50,473 nt of DNA from Nitrososphaeria archaeon (GTDB lineage: Archaea; Thermoproteota; Nitrososphaeria; JACIWG01), in assembly GCA_963752255.1 (NCBI GenBank), contig CAVVXT010000009.1, positions 1 through 50,473 on the forward strand, in the 5' to 3' direction. Position 1 is the first letter of the stretch, and each line of letters opens with the position of its first letter. A program made the position numbers and the translations under genes. The notes under the pieces are model-generated. The model was not told the origin of the DNA. It searched no databases and saw only the letters and a program-made list of their open reading frames with translations. This document shows, one piece after another, positions 20,154 to 30,052 of this stretch.

Positions 20154-22874
20154 TCATGTTATTATGAAAACATTGTATATGGCCATCGCTTTATTTATAT
20201 TTAATAAAGTAAGGCTCTTTCTTCTGCGCCTGATAAAAGTAATGATAATAACCGCTGCGACTGCAAAGCCAATTATCGAGATCATAATATTTATCCACTG
20301 TGGGTTAAAATTAGCTTGGATGGTTTCAGGTGAAGTAGCGATAATGTGGACCTCTGGTGATGTAGAGTTTACCCCATTGGACCAGCCATCAAATTTAAAG
20401 AAAAAAGGCCAAGGATTAGCTGTTAATAAAATGGAGGAATTTAACTGGAAGTAAGCTGTTCTCGATGCGCCCCCATTGACGGTAACCAAATTGGAGTTGT
20501 TACCGTATGAAATTGTACCAAAAAATGTGGCTTTAAAAGTGATCCCTGGGTAGAATATAGCATATTCTGTAATAGGTGAATCTACAGCCACAGTCGTCAG
20601 CTTATTGTTTCCACTGTATGAAGCCTCTCCCGATCCGTTCCAATATTCGAACTGCCAGCCAGGATTGGCGGTTGCGGAGACCCCTATTTCTTGGCCTGCA
20701 TTGTACCAGCCTGTGTTTGGTGAGAGAAGACCACCTGAATGGTTGTTTTGTCCTATAATTACATAGTACTGATGTTCGAAAGAAGGGTTCAAGTTTAGAG
20801 GTGCAGACACCTTTCCCGATGACAAAGTCTGGTCCGAAATCCACCTCTCCGTCGAAGAATTATTCAGTAAATATGGATACGTAAATGTTGCACCAGCGTC
20901 TGACCATTCGGACGATTGGGACGTAGAAATGGTGAGTCTAATCATCCTTCCTGAAGATTCACTTATAATAGACGGCGACGGGGGATTTCCTCCGCCGACA
21001 ATAGTGTAACTGTAGGTGGTTAAGAACTGATGATAGTAGATTAAAGAAATGATTGCGGACGTGTTTTCTTTTCCGCCCGTTAACTGGAATGTTTGCCAAC
21101 GTTCTGTCGAGTTGCTTCCCGCCAGCGTTTCTGGGACGCTCCATGACGTGTTTCTATCTATCCAAAAAGTGGTCGGTGTAACTGTAAGTGTGCGGGAATT
21201 GGCTGAACCATATTGTGTAAAAGTTAGTTCAGGAGAAGAATAGCCGCTGCCATTTCCCGAAACGGAGTAAGACACGGTTGAATTTAATTGATCGTAATAA
21301 GTCAGCAAAAGGGTTGTGTGATCGGATATGGTGCCGATGGCTGTCGCCGGCGCGCCCAATCTTTCGATCGAGTTCGAGCCTTCTAAAGGGTTTTCGTACG
21401 AATACTGTGACTGTGCATCAGCGTACACTGATTCACCAATTGAAGTGGTTAAATTGGCACCATATTGTCTGAAGGTTACTGAAGGGGGGAAGTAACCGGA
21501 GCCACTGATTACGGTGTAATTGAAAGTGACCAAAAACTGATGGTAATAATTGAAATTAATAGTCAAGGGGGAATTAGCGGTTCCATTCGTATTCTGATTG
21601 CTTATCCAAATCTCTTGAGCAGAAGACCCTAGCAGAGGATTATCGATGCTCCATACAGTCCCCGGATCTAGGTAGAACGCTGTTGGCGTTGAGTCCAATT
21701 TCTCAGTAAGATGTTTTCCGAAGGACCAGAAAACAAACGTTGGTGCAGTAAAGTTTGTCCCACCCCCTAGCAATTTGTAGCTGAGTGTTAGAGGAACTTG
21801 ATTCGAGGATCCTGTATAGAAATCGTACGCGTCAGAGGCCTCCACTGTCCCATTTGTGCTAAAGAACTGTAGCTGGGTGGTGTTAGAATAAGAAAAAAGC
21901 TGATGTTTCGCGAAGAGTACGCTGCTATTGCTGGGGACAAATTCGTCAGCCCACATCCAAGCTGAAGACTTAGCGAAATCAGATTCGCTATAAACCACAT
22001 TCGACTCGTCCCCATAGTAAGCGTTCGCGTGCCACCATTCTGTCATAAGACCAGTAAAAAATCCATTAGAACCAATATAATTTGAGGGTTGCCCGACAAA
22101 ATTGCTGGCTCCTTCCGCGTTATATGTTTCTTTAGCTGAAGCCGAAGTATTCCAATCGTATACGTACATAACCACGTTTCCATTTGAAAAGTACAAGTTC
22201 AAAAGCACGCTGTCTCCGTTGTCAACCGTTCCGTTTAAGCTGGTTAAGCCGCCACCTCCCGACACTGGAAAGACGGACCTGACTCTTGAATTGAAAACCT
22301 CATAATTCATGTAAAATTCGGGTGAATATCCGCCGCCAATTTCCGGCCAATGCCAAGATATTCCCACCTGGTACCAATAACCTGCATCCGATAGGCCGTT
22401 AAGTAGGTACCCGGGACCATAACCGTCAGTGTCTGCCTGCTCTATCGCTGTTACATTATATTTTAGGCTGACAAAATTTTGTGTAAATGCCAATCCAAGC
22501 TGTTCATCGTAGACTGCAGAAGGTGTAGTACTTAGTTGTAGGGAGCCGCTTGAAGGCATCGATAGCTGCATTAATGTGGCGTGCTCGGCTTTTGAGGAGT
22601 ATTCACATTGATTTGTGGAAGAAGGTGTTGATAAAGTGTAATTATAGGGAAAATCTTGACATCTATTAAATGTCAAGTTTTCTCCAGTTGATTTAGTTTC
22701 AATCTTTAGCTGCGTTTGATTTTGCTGTCCAAAATAATTAATTTGACCGAAGGTACACCCTGCAACAGGATTGATACAAGCTACTGTTAAAATAATAACT
22801 AAAGAAATTAGTAGAAACGGATAGGGAATGATTTGAACTTCTATTCGAAAACTCCTAGTTCCTTTCCTTTGCAA
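20154..22874 (-). CDS. Large membrane-anchored surface protein: N-terminal beta-rich (possibly thermopsin/G1-like) domain, four ~85-aa repeats, two InlB-B-like repeats and a C-terminal TM
   Basis: N-terminal hydrophobic signal. Repeats end in Y(Y/E)(H/D)Q with an internal 'GS...ERW'. 'GWYNAG...ATANPGWQFEYWNG' and 'FKFDGWS' repeats follow, then a TM and RRRRK. Many N-x-S/T sequons. Confidence 0.75.
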   Translation of the reverse strand: MQRKGTRSFRIEVQIIPYPFLLISLVIILTVACINPVAGCTFGQINYFGQQNQTQLKIETKSTGENLTFNRCQDFPYNYTLSTPSSTNQCEYSSKAEHATLMQLSMPSSGSLQLSTTPSAVYDEQLGLAFTQNFVSLKYNVTAIEQADTDGYGPGYLLNGLSDAGYWYQVGISWHWPEIGGGYSPEFYMNYEVFNSRVRSVFPVSGGGGLTSLNGTVDNGDSVLLNLYFSNGNVVMYVYDWNTSASAKETYNAEGASNFVGQPSNYIGSNGFFTGLMTEWWHANAYYGDESNVVYSESDFAKSSAWMWADEFVPSNSSVLFAKHQLFSYSNTTQLQFFSTNGTVEASDAYDFYTGSSNQVPLTLSYKLLGGGTNFTAPTFVFWSFGKHLTEKLDSTPTAFYLDPGTVWSIDNPLLGSSAQEIWISNQNTNGTANSPLTINFNYYHQFLVTFNYTVISGSGYFPPSVTFRQYGANLTTSIGESVYADAQSQYSYENPLEGSNSIERLGAPATAIGTISDHTTLLLTYYDQLNSTVSYSVSGNGSGYSSPELTFTQYGSANSRTLTVTPTTFWIDRNTSWSVPETLAGSNSTERWQTFQLTGGKENTSAIISLIYYHQFLTTYSYTIVGGGNPPSPSIISESSGRMIRLTISTSQSSEWSDAGATFTYPYLLNNSSTERWISDQTLSSGKVSAPLNLNPSFEHQYYVIIGQNNHSGGLLSPNTGWYNAGQEIGVSATANPGWQFEYWNGSGEASYSGNNKLTTVAVDSPITEYAIFYPGITFKATFFGTISYGNNSNLVTVNGGASRTAYFQLNSSILLTANPWPFFFKFDGWSNGVNSTSPEVHIIATSPETIQANFNPQWINIMISIIGFAVAAVIIITFIRRRRKSLTLLNINKAMAIYNVFIIT

Positions 22875-23206
22875 GTTGGTCGCTTTTTATGTGTTCTTTA
22901 ATATAAATATTGATTTTAAAAGGGTTTTTCTATATCATATAGTTAAATTAGAAGTTTATTTGATGAAAAGATAGGTTGCTAATCATAAGGGGTAACCCAC
23001 ATTTTTGATTGTGAACTGCTTTGATAAAAAAGAGCATTCTGTTACAAAGAAATAGATATCTTTTTAAAAGCTGCATCTATGTTGTGCCAAAAACAATATT
23101 TTTAATTATTTAGGCTAGGTTCGGATACGACTAAGCAATTATGACATATTAGTCAACAAAATAAGACAATATTTGTAAAATATTATCCAGGGTAGATATT
23201 AATCAA

Positions 23207-23713
23207 ATGGTATCGCTGCAGATAATTGCAGTTTTAGCTTCTGTGGTAGCGATAGCTCTAACACTTACCTGGTATACAACGGGTGGAGAAAAAAAAGAGG
23301 AATCAAAAGCAAACATAACTCTTTCCCAATTAAAGTATCCAATGGTTCAGGTCAGTGCTTTTTCTGTAGAAAAACCGGTGACTTTAAACCAAGAAACGAC
23401 TCCCCGACCTATGCAAAGTACTCCAGCTATAGATGCTTCAGACAGGATCGAAACAGGGGATATTAAAACGGAACCTACCCAAGTCGGGAATATTCAGCCA
23501 GAACCGCCACAAACGACAGTTAAGGTTGAACCTCTTCTGGAAAAAGGATCTGGACCAGAAGGGGTTCCCCAAACTGTTCAGGAAAAAACTGGCGCACCCG
23601 AAACCAAAGATGAAAAGATACAGAAAAAAGTAAAAGCAAAGGGTACTGGTAGAAGGAGAACCGTGTCGTCTAAAAGGAAAAAAACCGCTAAACAAGAATC
23701 TAAAACGCAATAA
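23207..23713 (+). CDS. Single-pass membrane protein with a disordered linker and a Lys/Arg-rich C-terminal tail
   Basis: TM (IIAVLASVVAIALTLTWY), a P/T/E/Q-rich middle and the tail KIQKKVKAKGTGRRRTVSSKRKKTAK. Confidence 0.7.
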   Translation: MVSLQIIAVLASVVAIALTLTWYTTGGEKKEESKANITLSQLKYPMVQVSAFSVEKPVTLNQETTPRPMQSTPAIDASDRIETGDIKTEPTQVGNIQPEPPQTTVKVEPLLEKGSGPEGVPQTVQEKTGAPETKDEKIQKKVKAKGTGRRRTVSSKRKKTAKQESKTQ

Positions 23714-23727
23714 AAGAAAATCTTGGA

Positions 23728-24438
23728 TCAATCGCTTCTTGTCTGATGCAGTCTTAGCTTAACGCTTTCACTCGTTAGCTCAATGAGGGTGTCTGAAGCT
23801 ATCCATTTCGCGCTTTTCGAATTAATCTTTTGTATTTCTTTAGCGGTCTTTAGGCAAGCCTCGTTGAGGTTTAAATTTCTTTTTCCTATTTGTCTCAACG
23901 CCCAATTAACCGCTTTCCTAACAAAATTTCTTTCGTCGGTAGACTCCTTTTTAATGAGGGGTAAAAACTGTAAGAATTTTTCGTCGCTAGCTTTTTTGTC
24001 GTGAACTACAAGTTCAGCCATCAACACGAACCCTGCCCTCTTAACATACTCTTCCTTCCTTGAACTCCACTCGACTGCTTTTCTGTAGGCGAAGGGTGTT
24101 TTGTCGAAGAGGTTTCCGCAACATGCGTCACATATGTCCCATGAATCTATCTCTTTTACCCACTGCTCCATCTCCTCCTCTGTGACCATCTGAGGGTCTT
24201 CGATTAAGGTAGCGAGTAATCGTGCTTCATGTACTCCTGAAGACCATAGACATTTAGCTAATTGATGGCTTCTGCCAACTTCTTTAGCTATACTTCTCAG
24301 TTCAGGAATAGGGACGCCGTAAGTATTCTTTACATTGATGCCAAAACGCTCCATACCCTTGACTGCTTCTTCATTGTACTTTGACTTTAACCGTTTGAAG
24401 ATTTCCTCGTATAGCCTTTTAAATTCTTCGTCCATCAC
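23728..24438 (-). CDS. alkD: DNA alkylation repair enzyme (AlkD-like HEAT-repeat glycosylase family)
   Basis: YGVPIPELR, LWSSGVHEAR, DSWDICD and DERNFVRKAVNWALRQIGKRN. Confidence 0.9.
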   Translation of the reverse strand: MMDEEFKRLYEEIFKRLKSKYNEEAVKGMERFGINVKNTYGVPIPELRSIAKEVGRSHQLAKCLWSSGVHEARLLATLIEDPQMVTEEEMEQWVKEIDSWDICDACCGNLFDKTPFAYRKAVEWSSRKEEYVKRAGFVLMAELVVHDKKASDEKFLQFLPLIKKESTDERNFVRKAVNWALRQIGKRNLNLNEACLKTAKEIQKINSKSAKWIASDTLIELTSESVKLRLHQTRSD

Positions 24439-24661
24439 ACACGCATAAATATGTCATTTAATACATAAAAGACTTTCATTATAAACGCTATTAAATCTAG
24501 AGCTGCTCTGGTTTATATATCATTTGAGGGAGAATAGAACATAATTTGCTATTTATTTCACTCCCATACCTACTTTATGGAGTGTGTAGTTACAATCCAC
24601 ATTCTTTAACAATTATTTTATTATCGATCCTTTCTCAAAGTTTCCATAGACAATTTGTCCC

Positions 24662-25006
24662 CTATTTTTTCTTAACATAAGGTATCAGACATATGAACTT
24701 GACCGTCTTCTTTCCGTTGTTCTTAAACTGGTGTTCTTCATTGGCTGGAATGAATACTACATCGCCTTCTTTGAACTTTTTCTCCTGTCCACCGCCGTAG
24801 ACGTAGCCTTTTCCTTGCAAGATGAACACTTCATGTTCCCAGGGATGTGAATGATGCGGGCTGCTTCCACCGCTCTTCATTTCGAATAGCCTCATAGCAA
24901 AATTTTCTGCACCCATCTCCTTTGTGATCAGCCATCGGATGTTAAGGTTCTCTGCACCTTCTTCCGCCTTCTTCGATTCAACGTCCTTGTAGTTGAAAAC
25001 TTTCAT
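24662..25006 (-). CDS. Cupin domain protein (4-His, TM1459-like)
   Basis: HHSHPWEHEVFILQG...GDVVFIP..EEHQF...FICLIP. Confidence 0.9.
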   Translation of the reverse strand: MKVFNYKDVESKKAEEGAENLNIRWLITKEMGAENFAMRLFEMKSGGSSPHHSHPWEHEVFILQGKGYVYGGGQEKKFKEGDVVFIPANEEHQFKNNGKKTVKFICLIPYVKKK

Positions 25007-25099
25007 CTATTTATCCTGATTTTAGTATATATTTTAATCTTCATATTTAATATGTAAACTTTTTTAACCTGCCATAAAAGGTTAGGATTTAGAGTTAAA

Positions 25100-25831
25100 G
25101 TGAATGGCTGTGCAGATTTGACAAGACGTCAGTTATTTTACCTTTCTACCGCATCCCTTGTTACGGTAGTTCTTGGCTTAGGGTACACTGAAACAAGAAA
25201 AATAGAGGTTAAACATCTAAATGTTAACCTAGGTAAGAGAGTCGCATTCTTAGCCGACTTCCACATTAACGCGTTAGGCGGCCTAGAAAACGATATAGTC
25301 AGACTTGTCAATGGGGAACACCCCGATATCATAATGTTAGGCGGCGATACTGTCGACGAGTATACTCAAGACATGGAAACAGCGTCAAGATGTCTTTCAG
25401 AACTTGATGCTAAACAAAAGTTTGCTGTTATGGGCAACCATGAACATTGGAGTAGCAGGGTAGAGGGTTTGACCAAAATTCTCGATGGCCTTGGATTCGA
25501 TGTTCTCTTTAATTCAGAAGCTTCGAGTTTGGCTGGAAAGGTTTATGGTCTCGATTGGAGGGATGACAGGAAGTATCCTCAGATCGATGCCGAGGGAATA
25601 GTGCTTGTTCACGACCCAAATGCAGCTGAATCCATTTCAGGGAGGACAATAATACTATCCGGCCATACACATGGTGGTGTAGAAATAGCAGGAATCGGAT
25701 TTTCTAACTCCATTTATACACGTGGGCTCTTCAAACTTAACGAGAAAACTACTCTTTATGTCTCAAGAGGGGTTGGACAAATTTTCCCTTGGAGACCAAC
25801 CTCACCACTGGAAATAGTCTTAGTTGAATAG
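25100..25831 (+). CDS. Calcineurin-like metallophosphoesterase (YkuE-like) with a putative Tat signal
   Basis: DFH, GGD.VD, GNHE, HDP, SGHTHGG and YVSRGVG motifs. N-terminal LTRRQLF followed by a hydrophobic stretch. Confidence 0.9.
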   Translation: MNGCADLTRRQLFYLSTASLVTVVLGLGYTETRKIEVKHLNVNLGKRVAFLADFHINALGGLENDIVRLVNGEHPDIIMLGGDTVDEYTQDMETASRCLSELDAKQKFAVMGNHEHWSSRVEGLTKILDGLGFDVLFNSEASSLAGKVYGLDWRDDRKYPQIDAEGIVLVHDPNAAESISGRTIILSGHTHGGVEIAGIGFSNSIYTRGLFKLNEKTTLYVSRGVGQIFPWRPTSPLEIVLVE

Positions 25832-25892
25832 GGTTAATAAAGGACAATTAAGTAACCTGCGATCTATACTAAAACTGTTATCGTTTCCCTTT

Positions 25893-26954
25893 TTAAGATC
25901 GTTTAAACACTTCCAGTAACTTTTGATTTGAAGGTATTTCGAAATGCGCTCTTATCGGTCCAATTATTTTCGAAATTTCCCTTGCGACAGATAACTTCAA
26001 GTCCATAGGGTGTATTTTCCCTTTGCAGAATTCTCTCGCAAGTTCTTCGTAAGAGAAGAAATTTATTGTTCCACCATATTTTGCAGGCCTCTCTATCATA
26101 AAATCCTTCTTCCCATGGAATATGATATATCTGGCCATATCCATTATAGGATTAAACTCTGCTTGTTGAATAGGGCACCATGCTTTGAGAAGCTTTTGCT
26201 TGATTTCTTCGTCTGAGTCATGAATGAAGATCGCTGTCCACGGCTTGCTCTTACTCATTTTCGCAGCAATCACTTTTTCTATTTTCGCGTTTGTTGACAC
26301 TCTTGGAGGCTCCGCAAGCCCCATAAGGAGGTGGTTATGTAATGGGATCGGCTTTTTCCATTTTAACTTTGGGAAGACTTCTCTCGTCAAGACATGAACT
26401 TTCCTCTGGTCCATTCCTCCCTGCGGCATGTCTTGTCCAATGTATTTTACGTCTACAGATTGCAACGGAGGGTAAAAGTATTGGGCTAGATCTAACTTCT
26501 CACCCTCGGTTCTGCCCATGATCGTGAGGCATCTCCTATCACGGGTTAGTGTAATGTGTTTAGAAAATCTTATTAGATCCTTCCAGTATTCGTTGTTGTT
26601 ATAATAGAGGTCGGAGCCTAGGACAATCTTCGCTTTGGGGCAGAAGAATTTGAATGCCTCTCCAAAGTATTTAGATGCCTTGATAATGTTCTCCCAGTTT
26701 CCGCCTAGCTTATTGTTTATGAAGCTGTGCCAGTCAGCTAGGTAGATCTTTGTATTAAAGCCCGCTTCTGACAGGTCGTTGACCTTAAATCCGCACATGA
26801 GCAGGGTCCCAAGGTGTAAATATCCTGATATCTCGAATCCTATATAGTGTTCCGGATGATCATTGGTTTCAAGTAGTCCTCTCAGTTCTTTTTCGGTAAT
26901 TATTTCTTCCGTTGGAGGAGCTTTCACAAGATCAAATCTTCTCTCTAAATCCAT
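25893..26954 (-). CDS. tyrS: Tyrosine--tRNA ligase (archaeal type)
   Basis: YIGFEISGYLHLG (HIGH motif), LADWHS, YPPLQ..D, GGMDQRK, KMSKS and IHPMDLK. Confidence 0.97.
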   Translation of the reverse strand: MDLERRFDLVKAPPTEEIITEKELRGLLETNDHPEHYIGFEISGYLHLGTLLMCGFKVNDLSEAGFNTKIYLADWHSFINNKLGGNWENIIKASKYFGEAFKFFCPKAKIVLGSDLYYNNNEYWKDLIRFSKHITLTRDRRCLTIMGRTEGEKLDLAQYFYPPLQSVDVKYIGQDMPQGGMDQRKVHVLTREVFPKLKWKKPIPLHNHLLMGLAEPPRVSTNAKIEKVIAAKMSKSKPWTAIFIHDSDEEIKQKLLKAWCPIQQAEFNPIMDMARYIIFHGKKDFMIERPAKYGGTINFFSYEELAREFCKGKIHPMDLKLSVAREISKIIGPIRAHFEIPSNQKLLEVFKRS

Positions 26955-27043
26955 TAAATCACTATGTCCCCGTAGCTCATTTCAACAGTCGGTATATATA
27001 CAATTTCTGAGATAGTTTGGCAAATAATTTAAGCTGTAAGTGA

Positions 27044-27457
27044 TCATGCACTATTTTGTTTTTTTTCTGGACTATATTCCTCGCTCTGGAACAGGGGGCT
27101 TGAGATAATCAAATCTGCTGTAGCTCTATTGCATGCCGTAGGTATATTATATAGGACAGCTAGTCTCAGAAGCGCTTTTACATCGACATCGTGTGGGAGT
27201 GTTTCTAAGGGATCCCAGAAAAAGATCAGGTAGTCTAGTTTACCGTTCGCAATTAGAGCCCCAATTTCCATGTCTCCTCCCATAGGTCCGTGTCTGAGGA
27301 GATTAACTTCTAACCCTGTCTTCTTCATTATCATCTTTCCTGTGCTTCCAGTTGCATATAGGATATGTGGAGCCAGCGTTCCTTTATTGAAGTCGACCCA
27401 CTCAACTAAATCTTTTTTTGTATTGTCGTGTGCAACCAAGGCAATTGTTTTTTTCAA
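27044..27457 (-). CDS. mgsA: Methylglyoxal synthase
   Basis: [38 protein letters not shown] and [10 protein letters not shown]. Confidence 0.95.
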   Translation of the reverse strand: MKKTIALVAHDNTKKDLVEWVDFNKGTLAPHILYATGSTGKMIMKKTGLEVNLLRHGPMGGDMEIGALIANGKLDYLIFFWDPLETLPHDVDVKALLRLAVLYNIPTACNRATADLIISSPLFQSEEYSPEKKQNSA

Positions 27458-27876
27458 AATGTCACCAATTCAAATTTTGCTATATTAGATAGAGGGTCTT
27501 AAATCTTTCTGCAAAAGTCGGTCAATCAGGAGTGATCGTGGTAAAGATGTTTTTATTTGACATCTTAAATCAGCTTCCTACTAATTAATGTCATTAAATA
27601 TGTGTTTGAACGGTAGGTGGAATGAAGTTTGAAGATGTTGCACAAAGAACATAAATTAAACAGAAGTGAAGGCGATGGATCGATCTACCTCCAAACTCCT
27701 TCCCAATAGTTTTTAAACTTACATACATTTTTACTATTATCTTTTTTAATTTGTTCCATTTGTTCAGATATTTTTTCTTAACGGCTTAAGTTAGTTAACT
27801 GATATAATTCTATTGTTAGAATAGAAAAAACGGATGTCATTCAATTTTGAAGATAGGTAATGCTTAAATCTTATTA

Positions 27877-28323
27877 TTGTACCTCGGTATCGGAAAAGCT
27901 TTGGGTTCAGCAGAAAAGGTCGATGCCGACATCTTGAAGGGTACAACTCTAAAAGTTTACCGCTTCATGTTTAGGGAAGGGAAGCCGCTCGGTGTTCACG
28001 AAGTGCAAAGAGGTCTTGGTTTAAGCTCACCTTCACTTGCATCATATCATATTGATAAACTTCTTCAAGCTGAACTGATTAAAGAGCAGGATAAAGGCTA
28101 TGTCGTTGACAGAATAGTTTTTGAGAACATGATCAGGGTAAGAAGGAGGCTTATACCTTTCCAAGTAACGTATTCCATATTCTTCTTGGTTACCTTATTT
28201 ATTTTACTTACCTATCTGCGTCCGCCTGAGGTTACTTCAACCTATGTTTTCGGTTTGATAGTAAATTTAGCAGCAATCTTTTTTTCTTTATATGAAGTGA
28301 TAAGGGCTTTGAAGAATGTGTAA
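27877..28323 (+). CDS. Membrane-anchored winged-HTH putative transcriptional regulator (N-terminal wHTH + 2 TM)
   Basis: 'GTTLKVYRFM...PLGVHEVQRGLGLSSPSLASYHIDKLLQAELI...GYVV' followed by two hydrophobic helices. Confidence 0.8.
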   Translation: MYLGIGKALGSAEKVDADILKGTTLKVYRFMFREGKPLGVHEVQRGLGLSSPSLASYHIDKLLQAELIKEQDKGYVVDRIVFENMIRVRRRLIPFQVTYSIFFLVTLFILLTYLRPPEVTSTYVFGLIVNLAAIFFSLYEVIRALKNV

Positions 28324-28416
28324 TTAAAAAGATTTATGCATATTTAGAGGTGCTTGTAAACTTCCCTTTTCCCTAAGCGTTCTCTTTAAATACGTCTACT
28401 CTGTATAATTTGAATT

Positions 28417-29853
28417 ATGAATAGGAAAATCAGCATGATCGAGGTACTTGTGCTGACAATTTTACTGACTATGCCTTTTGTCACATCTACAGTCGCAATT
28501 TCAGATAATGGATCAAAAGGAGTCAATGATGCAACATGGTACTACCAAGTAAGTCCGAAAACCGTTCCTTGGACCTATTCAGCTGGAGGCTTTCTATTTA
28601 ATACTGTCGCTGAACTACAGGCAGCATACGATTTGGCCCCTCTTTATTCAGCAGGATATAAAGGTCAGGGTCAGACTGTGGTGATTGTGGATGCCTATGG
28701 TAGCCCAACCATCTATCAAGACCTTTTGAACTTCATCACATGGCAAAATTCAAATGGAGCAAACCTGCCTTGGATCTCCATGGATCAAATTAAAGACCAC
28801 TTGCAAATATATTACCCCACTGGAAAGCCAACATTTAACGCCAGCCCTCACTTTACGAAGGACCAAGTGGGTTGGAGTATTGAGACAACCCTTGACGTAT
28901 GTACGGTTCACGCAATAGCACCCGAAGCGAATATCGCATTGGTTATAGCAGCGAACAGTGCTGGAAATGTTCTTAACCTTGCCGTGAAATACGCAATTAC
29001 TAACCGACTGGGATCTGTCATCTCACAGAGCTTTGGAATACCTGAGTACCTTCTGAAGGGCAACAACGGCCAAATCTTGCAAGCTCACAATAACTACGTG
29101 CTTGCCGCACAGTACGGCATAACCGTCTTTGCTCCAACTGGAGACGATGGAGCAGCAAACGGAGGGCCATTCAACAACGCTCTTTTCCCATCCTCTGACC
29201 CGTATGTAACCGCAGTCGGAGGTACAAACCTCTTTATGACCTGCAGCCCTTCTTATATTGAGGGTACAGATTCATGGTCTATTAAGCCAACTGGCGCTGT
29301 CGGACAAACATACTCTAAAGAAATCGCCGGAAATGATTATGAAGCAATGGTCGCAGACGGTTATCCAAGCCCAGAAGAAATCGTCACAACAGGCGGCGCA
29401 ATGAGCGAGCTATTCTCGCTACCAACGTGGCAAAGCGGATTAGTTTTAACCTATAGAAACGGTTCAACAGCAACACCAACCATGAGAGTGGTGGCGGACG
29501 TCTCATACGATAGTGGAGTATACGGTGGCATAGGAATAATACCCTATAGCGCACTTGGAACCACAATCTACTACATTGTCGGCGGAACGAGTGCAGGTTC
29601 ACCATTCTGGGCCGCTTTAACTGCACTAGCATGCCAATACAAAACAAGTAACCTAGGATATATTAACCCGAAGCTCTATGCCCATCTTGGAACTGCTTAT
29701 TCTTCAGGTTTCCGGGACGTTACAACAGGTGATAACACCTTCCCCAACAGCGGCACCGTATTAGGTTACAAGGCGACAACAGGCTGGGACGCACCTACAG
29801 GCATAGGCAGCCCCGATGCCAGCATATTGGTACCAATAATGGCAGGATGGTAG
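28417..29853 (+). CDS. Secreted S53 (sedolisin/kumamolisin-like) serine-carboxyl peptidase
   Basis: Signal peptide, GQGQTVVIVDAY, catalytic E..LD (ETTLD), SQSFG, oxyanion TGDDG, VTAVGGT, nucleophile GGTSAGSP and Ca-site GWDAPTGIGSP. Confidence 0.93.
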   Translation: MNRKISMIEVLVLTILLTMPFVTSTVAISDNGSKGVNDATWYYQVSPKTVPWTYSAGGFLFNTVAELQAAYDLAPLYSAGYKGQGQTVVIVDAYGSPTIYQDLLNFITWQNSNGANLPWISMDQIKDHLQIYYPTGKPTFNASPHFTKDQVGWSIETTLDVCTVHAIAPEANIALVIAANSAGNVLNLAVKYAITNRLGSVISQSFGIPEYLLKGNNGQILQAHNNYVLAAQYGITVFAPTGDDGAANGGPFNNALFPSSDPYVTAVGGTNLFMTCSPSYIEGTDSWSIKPTGAVGQTYSKEIAGNDYEAMVADGYPSPEEIVTTGGAMSELFSLPTWQSGLVLTYRNGSTATPTMRVVADVSYDSGVYGGIGIIPYSALGTTIYYIVGGTSAGSPFWAALTALACQYKTSNLGYINPKLYAHLGTAYSSGFRDVTTGDNTFPNSGTVLGYKATTGWDAPTGIGSPDASILVPIMAGW

Positions 29854-29886
29854 AGAAAACAACTAAACTTAGCACAGTTCTCCCCC

Positions 29887-29897
29887 TTCTTTTTTTT
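29887..29897 (+). terminator. Putative archaeal oligo-T terminator downstream of the S53 gene
   Basis: TTCTTTTTTTT about 35 nt after the stop codon. Confidence 0.5.
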
Positions 29898-30052
29898 AAA
29901 GTTACACAAGCTTTTCTTTTCCTTCTAACTAACCAAATGTTATTAAAACTGTAAACAAAGCGGTTTGCAAGAACATTTTCAGGTCTGTACTGCATTTTAT
30001 GAATATTGGCTTAGATTATTTAACAACAAGAAAAAATCTATTAAGAAGGTTT

